A DNA stretch of 64,000 nt from an uncultured Verrucomicrobiae bacterium (GCA_963702845.1 OY969763.1:3136001-3200000), one strand, 5' to 3'; shown: positions 37,901-49,383, counted from the stretch's first letter. The notes: generated from the sequence alone by a model not told the origin. A program made the numbers and translations.

Positions 37901-40265
37901 ATGAAACCTTTCCGGCATATTGTTGCGAACGCCTGTCCGTTGGTGCTGGGCATCGGACTGTTCCTGGTGAGTGCGTCCGTCTCCGCTGCGACCGGGAAGG
38001 CGTCGCTTCCGATGGAGCCAAGCCTTTCCAAAGATCCCGCCCATGCACCGGACTGGGCGAATCGCCTGCTGGCCAAGGACCCGAAGGTCCGCGCCACCGC
38101 TCAAGCGGCCCTGGTGCAAGGAGGACGAAGTTCGTTCCCGTTGCTGAAAAAATTCCTCGACCCTGAGCGAGAAGACCTGCGCGTCGTGACGTTTCAAATC
38201 ATTCAGCGGATCGGTCCTCCTGCCATCCCGCTGTTGGTAGAGTTGCTACGGCATAAGTCCGACTCCATCCGGCGTGCCGCCATCAGTGAATTGATCGACC
38301 TTGCCCCCCACACCGAAGGGGTTCAACCGGCGTTGAGCCTTGCGCTAAGAGACGCGGACTCGATGGTCGCAGGCGATGCCGCACGCGCCCTGGGCGCTTT
38401 GGGCAAGCGGGCCGGCCCTTCAGTAGACGCGCTCGTCAAAACTCTGGCGCACAAGGATCCATACGTCCGTGTCTATGCAGCGGAGGCTTTGGCGTCCATC
38501 GGGCCGAACGCGACTAATGCAATTAACGCGTTGGTGGAAGCAGTGAGCGATCCCATGCCGGGCGTTCGCTGGGCGGCGTGTGAGGGGATTGCAAGCATGG
38601 GCCCCGCTGCGCAGCCTGCAGTCCCGAAATTGATTGAAGCTTTGAAGGATGAATTCCTCTATGTGCGTATCTGTGCGGCTGGGGCGTTGGGAAGTATCGG
38701 GCCAAAGGCACAGTCGGCACGTGAGGCACTGACGGCGGCAGCAAACGATCCTGCATTGCGAAACGAAGCAGAGTGGGCATTGAGTCGAATTGTTGGAGTC
38801 AAATCTGGAGAAGTGCTTCCGCACGGGCACCAACCGGACGCGCACCGGGTCGCATCACACGTTGCGCCCGCAACTTCTGTCACACCGGCCCTTCAAACCA
38901 CAGTTGCCCAACCGGGCAATCCACCGGTTGACTGGGATACCACGACCGGTCGGAACATCATCTGGAGCGTTGAGTTGGGAAATGAAACGTTTGGTCGTCC
39001 TGTGGTTGCCGGCGAAGCGGTCTATGTGGGCACCGACAACTCAAGGCACCTCAATCCTCGCTGCCAGGAAGAAGCCGGAGTGCTCGTGGCATTTCGAGCG
39101 AACGATGGGAAATTCCTTTGGCAGGACGTGGCCCCGCGAATAGAGCGAGGTCTGCGAGAGTTCCTGTTGCCCTCGACGACAAGCGCGCCGTATGTGGAAG
39201 GGAACCGGTTGTACTATGTCACCGCCGAGTGCCAACTCCGTTGCCTCGACACAGAGGGATTTCGTGATGGGGAGAACAATGGTCCGTATCAAGATGAAGT
39301 GTTTCACGACGACGCTGCCGCCGACATCATCTGGGAGTTGGACATGTGTGCACGATTGGGCGTCTTTCCACATGAAGCCTCCAATAGCGAAGTGTTGCCC
39401 GTAGGCGATCTGCTGTTGGTCTCTACATCCAACGGTCGAAATGAAGGTCACACACGCGTCCCATCGCCGCGCGCTCCCAGCCTGATCGCAGTGGACAAAC
39501 GTTCGGGCGAAGTGGTCTGGCGCGCCATCGGGGCGGGCGAGCATGTGCTGCACGGCCAGTGGTCCAGCCCGGCGGCCGCCAATATTAATGGCCGCATGCA
39601 GGTGCTCTTCGGCGGAGGAGATGGTTGGCTGCGCTCCTACGACGCGACGTCCGGTCGCGAAGTCTGGCGATTTGACGGCAATCCGAAAAACGCCCCGTGG
39701 CCTCCGCGGCCCGGAGTCCTTTCGCGCGGCGCTATCATTGCTTCACCAGTCTTCGACGGCGGCCGCGTGTTCGTTGCAATGGGAGAGAGCCCCGGGCAGC
39801 TCAATGGACCTTCATTGATTCATGCAATAAGTCCCAACGGCCAGGGAGACGTCACCGAGAGCAGGCTGCTCTGGACCTCTGGCGATGTCGGTCGCGTGGT
39901 CGGAACACCCATTGCGAAAGACGGTCTACTATACGTCGGGGACCTGGGCGGAACGATCCATTGTCTGGACGCGGCGACCGGCGTCTGCATCTGGAAGCAC
40001 GAGACGAACGAGGCCATTTGGGGAAGCCTCCTGCTGAGCCGGCGATCAGCTGTACGTTGGGAACGTTGGAGGGACCATGACCGTTCTTCGGGCCGGGCGG
40101 CGGAAGGAGTTGCTGGCGCAGATCAAGATGGATGCGCCGCTTTATTCGCGTCCGGCGCAAGTCGGCGATGCGCTTTATCTGGCGACCGCAACCCGGTTGT
40201 ATTGCATCGCGACGAACGGTTTGAATGAACCGGCGGGCGCCGAGCAGTCTCACGACAAAAAATAA
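37901..40265 (+). CDS. Secreted HEAT-repeat plus PQQ-like beta-propeller protein, frameshifted near 40038
   Basis: VRxxAAxALGxIGP HEAT repeats; DxxTGxxxW propeller blades; one extra base shifts the last blade (GDQLYVGN...) ending at 40265. Confidence 0.82.
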
Positions 40266-40445
40266 TTTTGGAATTCGCGACGTTCTATAAACAGGTCACG
40301 CCTAACGGAGTTTACCGCGTTTGGATTCGTCCAGCCTCGCTGCTCTTTTCAGTCGGCTGCGAAAAGCGCCCAGGACATTGATGCATTTTGTCTCCGCTCT
40401 AAAATCAATTGACTGACTGCCGAACGAGGTCTAAATCACAGGGCT

Positions 40446-42905
40446 GTGGGTTTGAATGAAAAGCGATTCTTCTCAGCCGCGACGGCTTGCAACAAGCAAT
40501 TTCCTCTCATTTGGCATCGACGAACTTTCTTAAAAGCCATGGCTCTGGCAAGCGCGGCATTGCCAATCTTGACGCGCAAGGCTGCTGCCGGTGGATTGGA
40601 GAAACCGGCTGCACCGCAGCTCGAAAACGCTTTTTTTTCGATCCAGTTTGACCTCACCACAGGTCGTTTTAGCGCCTGGCGTAAAGAACAGGCCCTGCTA
40701 ATCAATGCAGCAGCAACAGCGTCAGTGCCGCCGGGCATTTGCAGCAGCGCGGATCCGCAATATTCGCACTCAATCAAGGTGGTTCCCTTTCAGAACGAAC
40801 TGGGCGCGGGCCGGCAATTGATTGCGACTTGCCGCGATTCCAAACGGCAGCTCGATTTCGAGATTCACCTCTCGCTTTACGACCATCGCGAAACACTTGG
40901 GATCGAAACTATCTGCCACAACATTTCGAAGAAGCCATTGAACCTGCAGACAATTAATCCAGTGCAAGCGCTTCAGGTGGACAATGGAGGATTGTTTTGG
41001 CCGGGCGCGAAGGCGCTGCTGACCAACGGGCAGATTTATTATGACGCCGGCAAAGTCAAACAACTCAAAGAGGGCGAGAAAAGCAAAAGTTGGTGGAACA
41101 TCGCGCTGAGTGCAGGTGAAAAAAGAGATGGCCTGGTCGTCGGCTACTTGGAAAATAAATCGTCTCGTGGAATGATTTACACAAAGCCCGGCAAACTATC
41201 CGGCGAATCACAGGATGCGTTGGAATTGACGGTTGAATCGCAATACGAACGTGATTTTATTTTGCCTCCGGGCGCGAGCGTCTCTTCAGACCGGGTGGCT
41301 TTTCATATCGCAGCCAATCCGTTTTTGACCCTCGAATCGTATGCACAGTCCATCGGCGATTTGCACAAGGTGCGGCTCAATCCGCCGATCAACGGGTGGT
41401 GCAGTTGGTTCTCATTTTTTGGCGCGATCAGCGAGGCAGAAGTCATCCGGAATTCCGTTTTTGCCGCCGAGCATCTCAAGCCTTTTGGCTTTGAATACAT
41501 TCAGGTCGACGACGGTTTCTATCGCAGCTTTGGCGATTGGGAAGGCAACGATCGTTTTCCTCATGGGATGAAATGGCTGGCAGAAACCATTCGCAAGCAC
41601 GGGCTGAAACCAGGGATTTGGCTGGCACCTTACGTGATCGCCGAAGGCACTGAAGTTCATCGCCAGCATCCCGATTGGCTGGTGCATCATCCCGATGGCC
41701 GCCTCAAGCAGATCGGGCCAAATCTAACCGAAGGCTCGCCTGAGGCGGCGCAGCAAAATCCGAAGCTTTACTCGCTCGACATCACGCACCCCGGCGCGGC
41801 GCAATGGCTGCATTCGCTGTTCAAGACCGTAGCGCAGGATTGGCGCTACGATTTCATCAAGATCGATTTTGTCGAATGGAGTCTGCTGGCGGCGGATCGC
41901 TTTTATGATCCGACTGTCACCAAAGCCGCGGCCTACCGGCGCGGCATAGAGATCATGCGCAAAGCGATGGGGCCAGACCGGCATTTGCTTGATTGCGGCC
42001 CGGGCAACGTCAGCGTGGGGTTGATCGACAGCATGCGCATCGAACTCGATCAACCGCCCGTCACCTGGCAGCAATACTTCCTGCACTCGGCCAGCAGCGC
42101 GCCGGCCGCGGCCAAGCGTTACTATTTCCACAAACGCACCTGGATCAACGATGACGATCACGTGGTCCTGGCAAATCTTACGCCGATCCAGGCGCAAGCG
42201 GCGGCGAGTATTGTGTCGCTCTCGGGCGGCAACATGATTTCAGGGGATCGAATGGCGGACCTCGATCCCATCCGGCTGGATATTTTGCGTAAAGCATTTC
42301 CTTCTTATGGCGAAGCCGCCCGGCCAATTGACCTCTTTCAGAGTGACAAGCCGGAGGTGTTCGCTTTGCAGGTCAAGAAGCCTTTCGGACAGTGGCTGGT
42401 GCTGGGGTTGTTCAACGCCGACCAAAAGTCCACGACGACAAAAACGGTTTCGATGGAGAGCCTTGGACTGGATTCGACCAAAACTTACGTGGCCTTCGAT
42501 TTTTGGAATCAGAAATTCTTTGGTGAACTGCGAGGCGAGTTTTCGGTGAAACTTGCAGCGGCCTCGTGCATGGTATTGGCCATTCACGAGCGTACCGGCA
42601 AACCGCAATTGATCGCTACCGACCGCCACGTCTCGCAGGGCGGCGTTGAACTCGAAAGCGTCACATGGGATGACGCGGCGGGAACATTGCGCGGGGTTTC
42701 CCTGGGCGCGCGCGGCGCCGATCACAACGTGTTCCTCTACCTCCCCGAAAAACATCCGTGGCAGCAAACGGACCCGTTTCTGTTCTACGATTTTCCGGGT
42801 TACACCCTCAAGATCACCGAAGAAAATATCCTGCGTGTTCATGTGCGTTTTGATCAAGGCGATTGCGTCAAATGGGAGTTGAACGTGAAAAAGTTTTTTG
42901 GCTGA
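40446..42905 (+). CDS. Tat-exported alpha-galactosidase-like glycoside hydrolase (GH36/GH27 clan)
   Basis: RRTFLK Tat motif; GWCSW, YIQVDDG, RFPHGMK, PGIWLAP, FIKIDF. Confidence 0.85.
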   Translation: MGLNEKRFFSAATACNKQFPLIWHRRTFLKAMALASAALPILTRKAAAGGLEKPAAPQLENAFFSIQFDLTTGRFSAWRKEQALLINAAATASVPPGICSSADPQYSHSIKVVPFQNELGAGRQLIATCRDSKRQLDFEIHLSLYDHRETLGIETICHNISKKPLNLQTINPVQALQVDNGGLFWPGAKALLTNGQIYYDAGKVKQLKEGEKSKSWWNIALSAGEKRDGLVVGYLENKSSRGMIYTKPGKLSGESQDALELTVESQYERDFILPPGASVSSDRVAFHIAANPFLTLESYAQSIGDLHKVRLNPPINGWCSWFSFFGAISEAEVIRNSVFAAEHLKPFGFEYIQVDDGFYRSFGDWEGNDRFPHGMKWLAETIRKHGLKPGIWLAPYVIAEGTEVHRQHPDWLVHHPDGRLKQIGPNLTEGSPEAAQQNPKLYSLDITHPGAAQWLHSLFKTVAQDWRYDFIKIDFVEWSLLAADRFYDPTVTKAAAYRRGIEIMRKAMGPDRHLLDCGPGNVSVGLIDSMRIELDQPPVTWQQYFLHSASSAPAAAKRYYFHKRTWINDDDHVVLANLTPIQAQAAASIVSLSGGNMISGDRMADLDPIRLDILRKAFPSYGEAARPIDLFQSDKPEVFALQVKKPFGQWLVLGLFNADQKSTTTKTVSMESLGLDSTKTYVAFDFWNQKFFGELRGEFSVKLAAASCMVLAIHERTGKPQLIATDRHVSQGGVELESVTWDDAAGTLRGVSLGARGADHNVFLYLPEKHPWQQTDPFLFYDFPGYTLKITEENILRVHVRFDQGDCVKWELNVKKFFG

Positions 42906-42932
42906 TGGGATGGAGCGAAGGGAGCCGGGCAG
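42897..42932 (+). repeat. 36-bp GGA-rich dispersed repeat, copy 2
   Basis: TTTGGCTGATGGGATGGAGCGAAGGGAGCCGGGCAG; contains the TGA stop of the GH36 gene. Confidence 0.75.
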
Positions 42933-43105
42933 CGTTTGGTGCCGATTCCGAACCGAGATCATCATGTCACCGTGCGAGCACGCGTATGCGCAAGCCCAAA
43001 TCACACCAGCGCCAACAAAAACAATAACACCATTCTCATAGGTGTTGCGTCTGTTTTGGGCGGCGAAGCAATGCTGAAGTTGCGCCGGCTAAAAACCGGC
43101 GCTTC

Positions 43106-43888
43106 TTACTTTGTCAGCGCGTTCGCGACGTTGAGCCAGGCGTTGGTTGGGGCGATCGTCCAGGCGAACACGAATATGGCCGTGAACGCCGCAAAGCCGA
43201 TCGCGTAGTAGCGATCGAAGGAACGGGTCAGGACTGATTTGATGATGAACAGAATAAGGCCTAAGACCAACGTCATTAAGGTCGGGCCGAAGATGGTTTC
43301 CAAAATAGTCCCTTGATAAAGCGAGTTGAGGAATCCGATACGGGCGATGGCCGCGCCCATCATTGCCAGAACCCCCATGAACATCATTGGTCGATGGATC
43401 TGCGGTTTTTTGCGGGTCCAAATGCCGATGGTGACAAAGACCGCGAACGTAATGATGCTGAACATAGGTATCGCCATGAAGTTTTTGGCGGGCAAGCCCC
43501 AGATCCGGACTTCTGCCGGTGTGAATTTGGCTGAGATAATCGCGGTGAGTAAGCCAAGCCCAAACACGCAGACAGCCAGCGCCGCGCCGAATTTGCCCAG
43601 GGTCATGTGAAGCTTGCGATTGCCTCGGGCTACGAGGATTGGTTGGACGATAAACAGGACGATCCACGTGGACATGATGGTGCCGTGCGCGAAGACTAAC
43701 TTGCGCATCGGCGGCGCTATCGGGCGGTTTGGGAAAGCATTGCCGTGGAGATAATATGACTGGAAGCCCAGGAACATCAGCACGAAGAGCACGATGGCAG
43801 CGCAGCTATAGAAGTAGCGCGCGCTGTCGGGCGTTTTGGCCGGGCTTGCGTTTGCTTTTTGAATGGGCGTTGTTGTCTGGGTACTCAT
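43106..43888 (-). CDS. Multi-pass membrane protein with His residues in TM segments
   Basis: About 7 TM helices; AHG, LHMTLG and IHRPMM motifs. Confidence 0.75.
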   Translation of the reverse strand: MSTQTTTPIQKANASPAKTPDSARYFYSCAAIVLFVLMFLGFQSYYLHGNAFPNRPIAPPMRKLVFAHGTIMSTWIVLFIVQPILVARGNRKLHMTLGKFGAALAVCVFGLGLLTAIISAKFTPAEVRIWGLPAKNFMAIPMFSIITFAVFVTIGIWTRKKPQIHRPMMFMGVLAMMGAAIARIGFLNSLYQGTILETIFGPTLMTLVLGLILFIIKSVLTRSFDRYYAIGFAAFTAIFVFAWTIAPTNAWLNVANALTK

Positions 43889-44098
43889 AAAAAGGCCTCT
43901 ATTGGGGCGCGCAGTCTAGGAGACTGTCAGCCAAACGTCAGCACTTTTTGAGCAAGGTTTTTGAGTCCCGGACATTCCCCTGCTGGCCTTTTCGTCGCGA
44001 CGTCGTAAACCGAGCAAATTCCCGCTAAGAAGGGCATCAACTTGTTTATTTGATTTTGTTTAGTTTTCTTGCGGCATGAGGAGATGGTGAAGCTTTAG

Positions 44099-44133
44099 TT
44101 TGGCTGATGGAATGGAATGAAGGAGCCGGGCAG
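44099..44133 (+). repeat. 36-bp GGA-rich dispersed repeat, copy 3
   Basis: TTTGGCTGATGGAATGGAATGAAGGAGCCGGGCAG. Confidence 0.75.
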
Positions 44134-44197
44134 CCTGGTGACAAAAATGAAGGAAGAGCCGTGCAGTTTGGTTCTGCGCCGGGTAGTAAATATGGCC

Positions 44198-45055
44198 ATG
44201 AAAGCCATTATCGGTTTGTCACTGTTGGCCGCGTTTTCCCTACAGGCGGCGTCGCCCCTGAGCAAGGAGACAAAAATCGGCGGTTTCTCGCTTGGTTGCC
44301 AGGCTTATTCTTTCAACAAATTCACGGCTTTTGAGGCCATTGAAAAAACGAAGGCAGCCGGGGGCAAGACGATCGAGCTCTTTACCTGGCAAAAACTCAG
44401 CCCGGAATTTCCGGCGCTGGAGGTGAACCAGACGTTGCCTGACGACAAGCTGAAACTGCTTAAGGACAAATTGAAGGAGGCCGGCATCCGGGCCACCAGC
44501 GCGTATATCGGCAACAACGCCTTCACCCAAAAAGATCCAGAAAAGGCGGCGCGGAAAGTTTTTGAATGGGCGAAGAAACTGGATCTCATCGCGCTGACCG
44601 GCGAACCGCCTGAAAGCAGTTTCGATTTGGTGGAAAAACTCTGCAAGGAATACGACATCAAATTCTGCCTGCACGGGCATCGACATGATGAAAAGCGCCC
44701 CGAGTACAAAAACTGGGACCCAAGCTATACCATCAAGCTGATGGAACACCGCGATCCACGCATGGGTTTTTGTCTTGATACCGGGCATTTGATCCGGTCG
44801 GGTGGCGACCCCATTGCGGCCATCAAAATTTTTGGCAAAAGACTTCACACCCTTCACCTGAAAGATCCGATCAGCGCGACTGGCGACGACACGATCTACG
44901 GGCAAGGCATCGGGAATACCAAAGGGATACTAGCCGAGCTAAGGAAGCAGAAATTCAAGGGCTTCATTTCGATTGAGTATGAAAACCCGGTGCCGGACGC
45001 CGTGCCGGACATCCGGCAGTGCATCGAGTTTGTGCGGGATGCGCACAAACCATAG
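44198..45055 (+). CDS. Secreted sugar phosphate isomerase/epimerase (AP endonuclease 2 TIM barrel)
   Basis: CLDTGH, LHLKD and ISIEYE motifs; signal peptide. Confidence 0.87.
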   Translation: MKAIIGLSLLAAFSLQAASPLSKETKIGGFSLGCQAYSFNKFTAFEAIEKTKAAGGKTIELFTWQKLSPEFPALEVNQTLPDDKLKLLKDKLKEAGIRATSAYIGNNAFTQKDPEKAARKVFEWAKKLDLIALTGEPPESSFDLVEKLCKEYDIKFCLHGHRHDEKRPEYKNWDPSYTIKLMEHRDPRMGFCLDTGHLIRSGGDPIAAIKIFGKRLHTLHLKDPISATGDDTIYGQGIGNTKGILAELRKQKFKGFISIEYENPVPDAVPDIRQCIEFVRDAHKP

Positions 45056-45229
45056 CACGCCCGGGAGGGGCAATTGCGACTCGCAACTTCATGATTCCCG
45101 GGAAGGACGCCTGATAGCGCTTCGGCCCTAACGCGTGATTTCTGCCCAAATCGAAAAGGCATTCCTGGCTGGACTGTGCAGAATTCTTGTTGTCAACATG
45201 AGAGCCGAAATCCACACGCGAAATAAACT

Positions 45230-45934
45230 ATGAACAAATTGCTCTGCCTTATTGGGCTCGCTTCGATATCAATTGCCAACGCCGCCACGAACGCTCCAGC
45301 CAAACCGGCGCCGGATTTGGGCGCGATGTTCAAGATGCATTGGGAGAATCGCGTCCGTTCGTTCAAGGAGCAGAACCTCACGTTGCAAAACGTCGTGTTG
45401 CTCGGCGACAGCATCACGGAGGGATTTGACCTGACGAAATATTTGCCCGGCCGGCGCGTGCTCAATCGCGGTATCGGCGCGGATGTCATCGGGAACGACA
45501 TGCCGACAAATGATTTTCGCGGCGTGTTGCAGCGGCTGGATAATTCCGTTTTCGACTGCGCGCCCACCGACGTTTTCATTCTGATCGGCATTAACGACCT
45601 GGGTTCGGGGAAGAAGGTTGAGACGATGGAAGCAGGCTACCGCGATTTGCTCAAACGGTTGCGGGCGAAGCGCCCGGATTTGCGGATTCATGTGCAATCA
45701 GTCCTGCCGACGCGCGATAAGTACGAAAAACACAACGCTCCTGTGCGCGACTTCAATGAGCGTTTAAAAAAGCTCGCGACGGAGTTCCAATGTTCGTTCA
45801 TTGATTTGCATGCGCTCATGAGCGACGAGAATGGTTCGCTGAAATCGGAGTTTACCAGGGACGGCTTGCATCTCACCGAACCCGCTTACCTCATCTGGCG
45901 GGAACAAATCCTTAAAGCGATGAATTGGAATTAG
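45230..45934 (+). CDS. Secreted SGNH/GDSL hydrolase
   Basis: LGDSIT, NRGIG, LIGIND, DGLH. Confidence 0.9.
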   Translation: MNKLLCLIGLASISIANAATNAPAKPAPDLGAMFKMHWENRVRSFKEQNLTLQNVVLLGDSITEGFDLTKYLPGRRVLNRGIGADVIGNDMPTNDFRGVLQRLDNSVFDCAPTDVFILIGINDLGSGKKVETMEAGYRDLLKRLRAKRPDLRIHVQSVLPTRDKYEKHNAPVRDFNERLKKLATEFQCSFIDLHALMSDENGSLKSEFTRDGLHLTEPAYLIWREQILKAMNWN

Positions 45935-45999
45935 CTGGTCGATGATGGTCGGCTGAAAAAGGTAAAACTATCGTTTGACCCTTTTGGCGGTTGGTTACA

Positions 46000-46881
46000 A
46001 TGGCATCCATGATCGCTCGTTTGGTAATGCTTGTTTCGATACTCGGCTGGTTTGCTCTTAGCAGCGCGCGCGGAGCTGAAACAATTCAAGATATTCGTGT
46101 GATGTCGTTTAACGTCCGCACCTCCACTGCGTCCGATGGCCAGAACGGTTGGTCACATCGCAAGGACCTGTTCTTTCAAACCATCGAGGCGTTCCATCCC
46201 GACCTGGTCGGATTTCAGGAGGTGCGCCCCGATCAGCACGATGACATCGCCACGCGAATGAAAGGTTACGGGCTGGCCGGCGTAGCGCGCGATGACGGCC
46301 AGCGAAAGGGAGAATGGTCCTTGATCGCGTTTCGCAAGGACCGGTTCGATCTGCTCGACGGTGGAACGTTCTGGCTCAGCGATAAACCGGATGTGCCGGG
46401 AAGCATTGGCTGGGACGCAAAGCTGACGCGGATTTGTTCGTGGGCCCGCCTTAAAGATAAAGCGAATGGCAAAGAATTCGTTTTCGCCAACACGCACTAC
46501 GATCACGTCGGCCATCTCGCGCGCGAGAATTCATCGCGGCTCATCATGAAAACATTGCCGAAACTTTCGCAGGGCAATCCGATCATCATGACTGGAGATT
46601 TTAACACGAAGGAAAACGATCCGCCGTACCAGACGATCATGCATCCAACAGAGCCGGACATGGCGCACTTCATTGACAGCTTTCGCGAAGTGCACCCGAA
46701 CCGCTCGCCCGACGAGTCCAGCTTTAATGGCTTCAAAGGAACGGTGCACGGCTTGCGTATTGATTTCATCCTGCATACGCCCGAACTCCACGCTTTGTCC
46801 GCGACGATTGACCGGACTCAATCCCCCGAAGGAAGATTTCCATCCGATCATTATCCTGTGACGGCGGTGCTGCGGTGGTAA
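46000..46881 (+). CDS. Secreted endonuclease/exonuclease/phosphatase (EEP) family protein
   Basis: MSFNVR, GFQE, NTHYDH, TGDFN, RIDFI, PSDHYPV. Confidence 0.9.
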   Translation: MASMIARLVMLVSILGWFALSSARGAETIQDIRVMSFNVRTSTASDGQNGWSHRKDLFFQTIEAFHPDLVGFQEVRPDQHDDIATRMKGYGLAGVARDDGQRKGEWSLIAFRKDRFDLLDGGTFWLSDKPDVPGSIGWDAKLTRICSWARLKDKANGKEFVFANTHYDHVGHLARENSSRLIMKTLPKLSQGNPIIMTGDFNTKENDPPYQTIMHPTEPDMAHFIDSFREVHPNRSPDESSFNGFKGTVHGLRIDFILHTPELHALSATIDRTQSPEGRFPSDHYPVTAVLRW

Positions 46882-46967
46882 GCGCTGGACGTCATCACAA
46901 TCCCTCTTTGCAGCTTGAAGTTTGACCCACTCGGTTTCACCATCCGGCTAACACAATTGCCGTGACT

Positions 46968-47489
46968 ATGAAAAAAATCTTATCGTTCGCCACCATTTTC
47001 TGCGCCCTGTTGATTTCGGTCCAAGCCGCTGATTCCACTATCACCCTCAGCAACGTCCATCTTTGTTGCGATAAATGCGTCAAAGGCGTGGACACCGCTG
47101 TCGGGCATGTTTCCGGCGCCAGCGCCGTATCTGACAAGGCGGCCGGCACTGTCACGCTCACCGCCTCTGACAAGGCCACCCTCCAAAAAGCCGTCAACGC
47201 CATCACGAGGGCCGGTTATTTCGGAGAATCCAGTGATGCCTCTATCAAGGTCGCGTCCAAAACCGGCGCCAAAGACGCCAAAGTCCAATCCATGAAAGTC
47301 TCCGGCGTCCATCTTTGCTGCCCCAAATGCGTCAAAGCCGTCAACGCCGCTGTCTCAAAAGCCCCCGGCGTCACCGGCAACACCGCATCCAAAGACTCCG
47401 CCTCTTTTGAAGTCACCGGCGATTTCAGCCCCAAAGACGTTTTCGCCGAACTGAACAAAGCCGGACTCACCGGCAAAGTGGCAAAGTAA
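46968..47489 (+). CDS. Secreted tandem heavy-metal-associated (HMA-like) domain protein
   Basis: Signal peptide; two VHLCCxKCVK motifs. Confidence 0.8.
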   Translation: MKKILSFATIFCALLISVQAADSTITLSNVHLCCDKCVKGVDTAVGHVSGASAVSDKAAGTVTLTASDKATLQKAVNAITRAGYFGESSDASIKVASKTGAKDAKVQSMKVSGVHLCCPKCVKAVNAAVSKAPGVTGNTASKDSASFEVTGDFSPKDVFAELNKAGLTGKVAK

Positions 47490-47519
47490 GAGGATACTCT
47501 CTGAACCGTTCAGACGGGA

Positions 47520-48905
47520 TTACTGTTGATCAAGAATTTCGTTCAAAGGTCGACCGGTTGTTCCGGGCATTTGGATGTTCAGAAGTTTTGCAACCGTTGG
47601 AGCGACTGAAACATTGTCGATTTCGCCGAGTGTGGTTCCCGGTTTGATTCCGTTGCCGCAGGCGACGAAGGTGGCGTGCAGTTGCGGGATTTCAGGATTG
47701 TGACCGTGAGTGCCGCGCCCCTCTGGCTTTTCTTCAAACGGCAAATCGCCGCCAGCGGTGTCGCCGAAAGTTGCGCCGTAGTCGGCAAAGAGAATCATGT
47801 CAGGCGCGTTCGGATCGTCTTTCGGATTGCCGACGCCGTATTTTTTTAATTCTTCAGTGTGAACAATTTTGGAAATGCCTTTTTGGTTTTTGAAGGCTTT
47901 ATCGACCTTCTTCATGATCGCGTCGCGATTTTTTTGATCGAGGACATAGACCATGCAGGTGCCGGCCTGGACAACGATACGGACCGAACCGCTGCTCACC
48001 TTTTTATTCGTGACCTTGACCAATCCGGTTTTGCGCAGGACGACGTTTGGGAAAAGCATGGTGTTGATGGGTGAAAAGCCGTGGTCGGAAACGATGAATA
48101 GAGTGGCGTGACCCGGGAAATCTTTCTGCAACTCTTGCCAGATTTGGCCCACTTCTGCATCGGCTTCTTTGATCGCGGCGTAGGCTTCGGGCGATTGCGG
48201 CCCTTTCTCGTGTTGAACGTGGTCGGAATTTCCGATGTGCAGCAAGACAAAGTTCGGGCGCTTGTTCGCGATCAAGAGCTTCAAGACACGTAAGTTGATC
48301 GCATCGGTTTCGTATTCTTTCTTGCGAACGCCACCGGGAAACATTTCGTCAACGAGCGAAAATCCATTTTCGCGGCAGAGGTCGAGGACTGCAGGTGTGG
48401 TGTATTTGAGATACAGATCGGCTTTGTGAACTTCGGGCGTGGTCCAATCCAGATTTTTTGCATTGCGCGACCCCGGCCAATTGATCGCGGCGGTGTGGAG
48501 TCCACTTAATTTCGCGACATCGTAAAGTGTCGGAACTTTGACGATCTGCTCTTTGTCTAATACAGGATCAAAGATCAGCGTGATCTGTTCCTTTTTGGCG
48601 CGGTCGTAATAGTTGTTTCCAACGACGCCATGAACGGCCGGCGTGACGCCAGTGACCAGAGTGGTATGGTTCGGCCAGGTCACAGATGGCGCAACCGCTT
48701 TCATTGATTTCGCTCGTGCTCCAGCGGCGGCAAGAGCGTGAAGGTTCGGCATTTCCGCTTTCGGATCATCGAAGTAGTAAGCGGCCAACCCATCAAGGGT
48801 CACCATCACAACTATGTTCGAGTTGGCGTTTGCCGCGTTGGCGTGCGCAGTGATGGTCAGTGCCACGAAGAGGAATACAGTTGGAAGTAATTTATGAAGA
48901 CGCAT
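47520..48905 (-). CDS. Alkaline phosphatase superfamily nucleotide pyrophosphatase/phosphodiesterase
   Basis: TLDG, PSVTWPNHTTLVTG, DHVQH, VSDHGF, GTHGH. Confidence 0.9.
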   Translation of the reverse strand: MRLHKLLPTVFLFVALTITAHANAANANSNIVVMVTLDGLAAYYFDDPKAEMPNLHALAAAGARAKSMKAVAPSVTWPNHTTLVTGVTPAVHGVVGNNYYDRAKKEQITLIFDPVLDKEQIVKVPTLYDVAKLSGLHTAAINWPGSRNAKNLDWTTPEVHKADLYLKYTTPAVLDLCRENGFSLVDEMFPGGVRKKEYETDAINLRVLKLLIANKRPNFVLLHIGNSDHVQHEKGPQSPEAYAAIKEADAEVGQIWQELQKDFPGHATLFIVSDHGFSPINTMLFPNVVLRKTGLVKVTNKKVSSGSVRIVVQAGTCMVYVLDQKNRDAIMKKVDKAFKNQKGISKIVHTEELKKYGVGNPKDDPNAPDMILFADYGATFGDTAGGDLPFEEKPEGRGTHGHNPEIPQLHATFVACGNGIKPGTTLGEIDNVSVAPTVAKLLNIQMPGTTGRPLNEILDQQ

Positions 48906-49042
48906 GGTTCAGCTTTTTTTAGTAACGTTTATCAGACGTCGTAAACACTGTTTTCTTCAGAAAAATCTTTCCGGCAGGCCGGTGAGAAAAGGGGTTCCGC
49001 GACAATTACAACGTCGCAAAAAGTTAATCAATGCGGTAACAA

Positions 49043-49348
49043 GTGAATCGTATGAGGCTTGGATTATGGATGTTAATGGTTTTCTTGGTGCAACTGATCC
49101 TAATGGCTCTTTACCGCGTCATTCCAAGCTCTGCTTCTACTATTTGGAATCTGATTCTTCTCATCCTGATTTGGGGAGTGTCATTGAGGGGTTATTATTT
49201 CGCTCTGACCAGAAGTCGAGGTGGCAAACCTCCGACAGAATTTTGGCAAATCGTTCTTGGTGTGTCGGCGGCGATCATTGGAGTCATCTTGCTTTTTTGT
49301 TCAGCAGTTTTCTTAGAACTTTTGGGATTACCTGGTGTAATCGATTAG
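49043..49348 (+). CDS. Small membrane protein (3 TM), low GC
   Basis: 101-aa hydrophobic ORF. Confidence 0.55.
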   Translation: MNRMRLGLWMLMVFLVQLILMALYRVIPSSASTIWNLILLILIWGVSLRGYYFALTRSRGGKPPTEFWQIVLGVSAAIIGVILLFCSAVFLELLGLPGVID

Positions 49349-49383
49349 CCATCGTTGCAAGATGGTCCCGTGAAGAATGCTTC

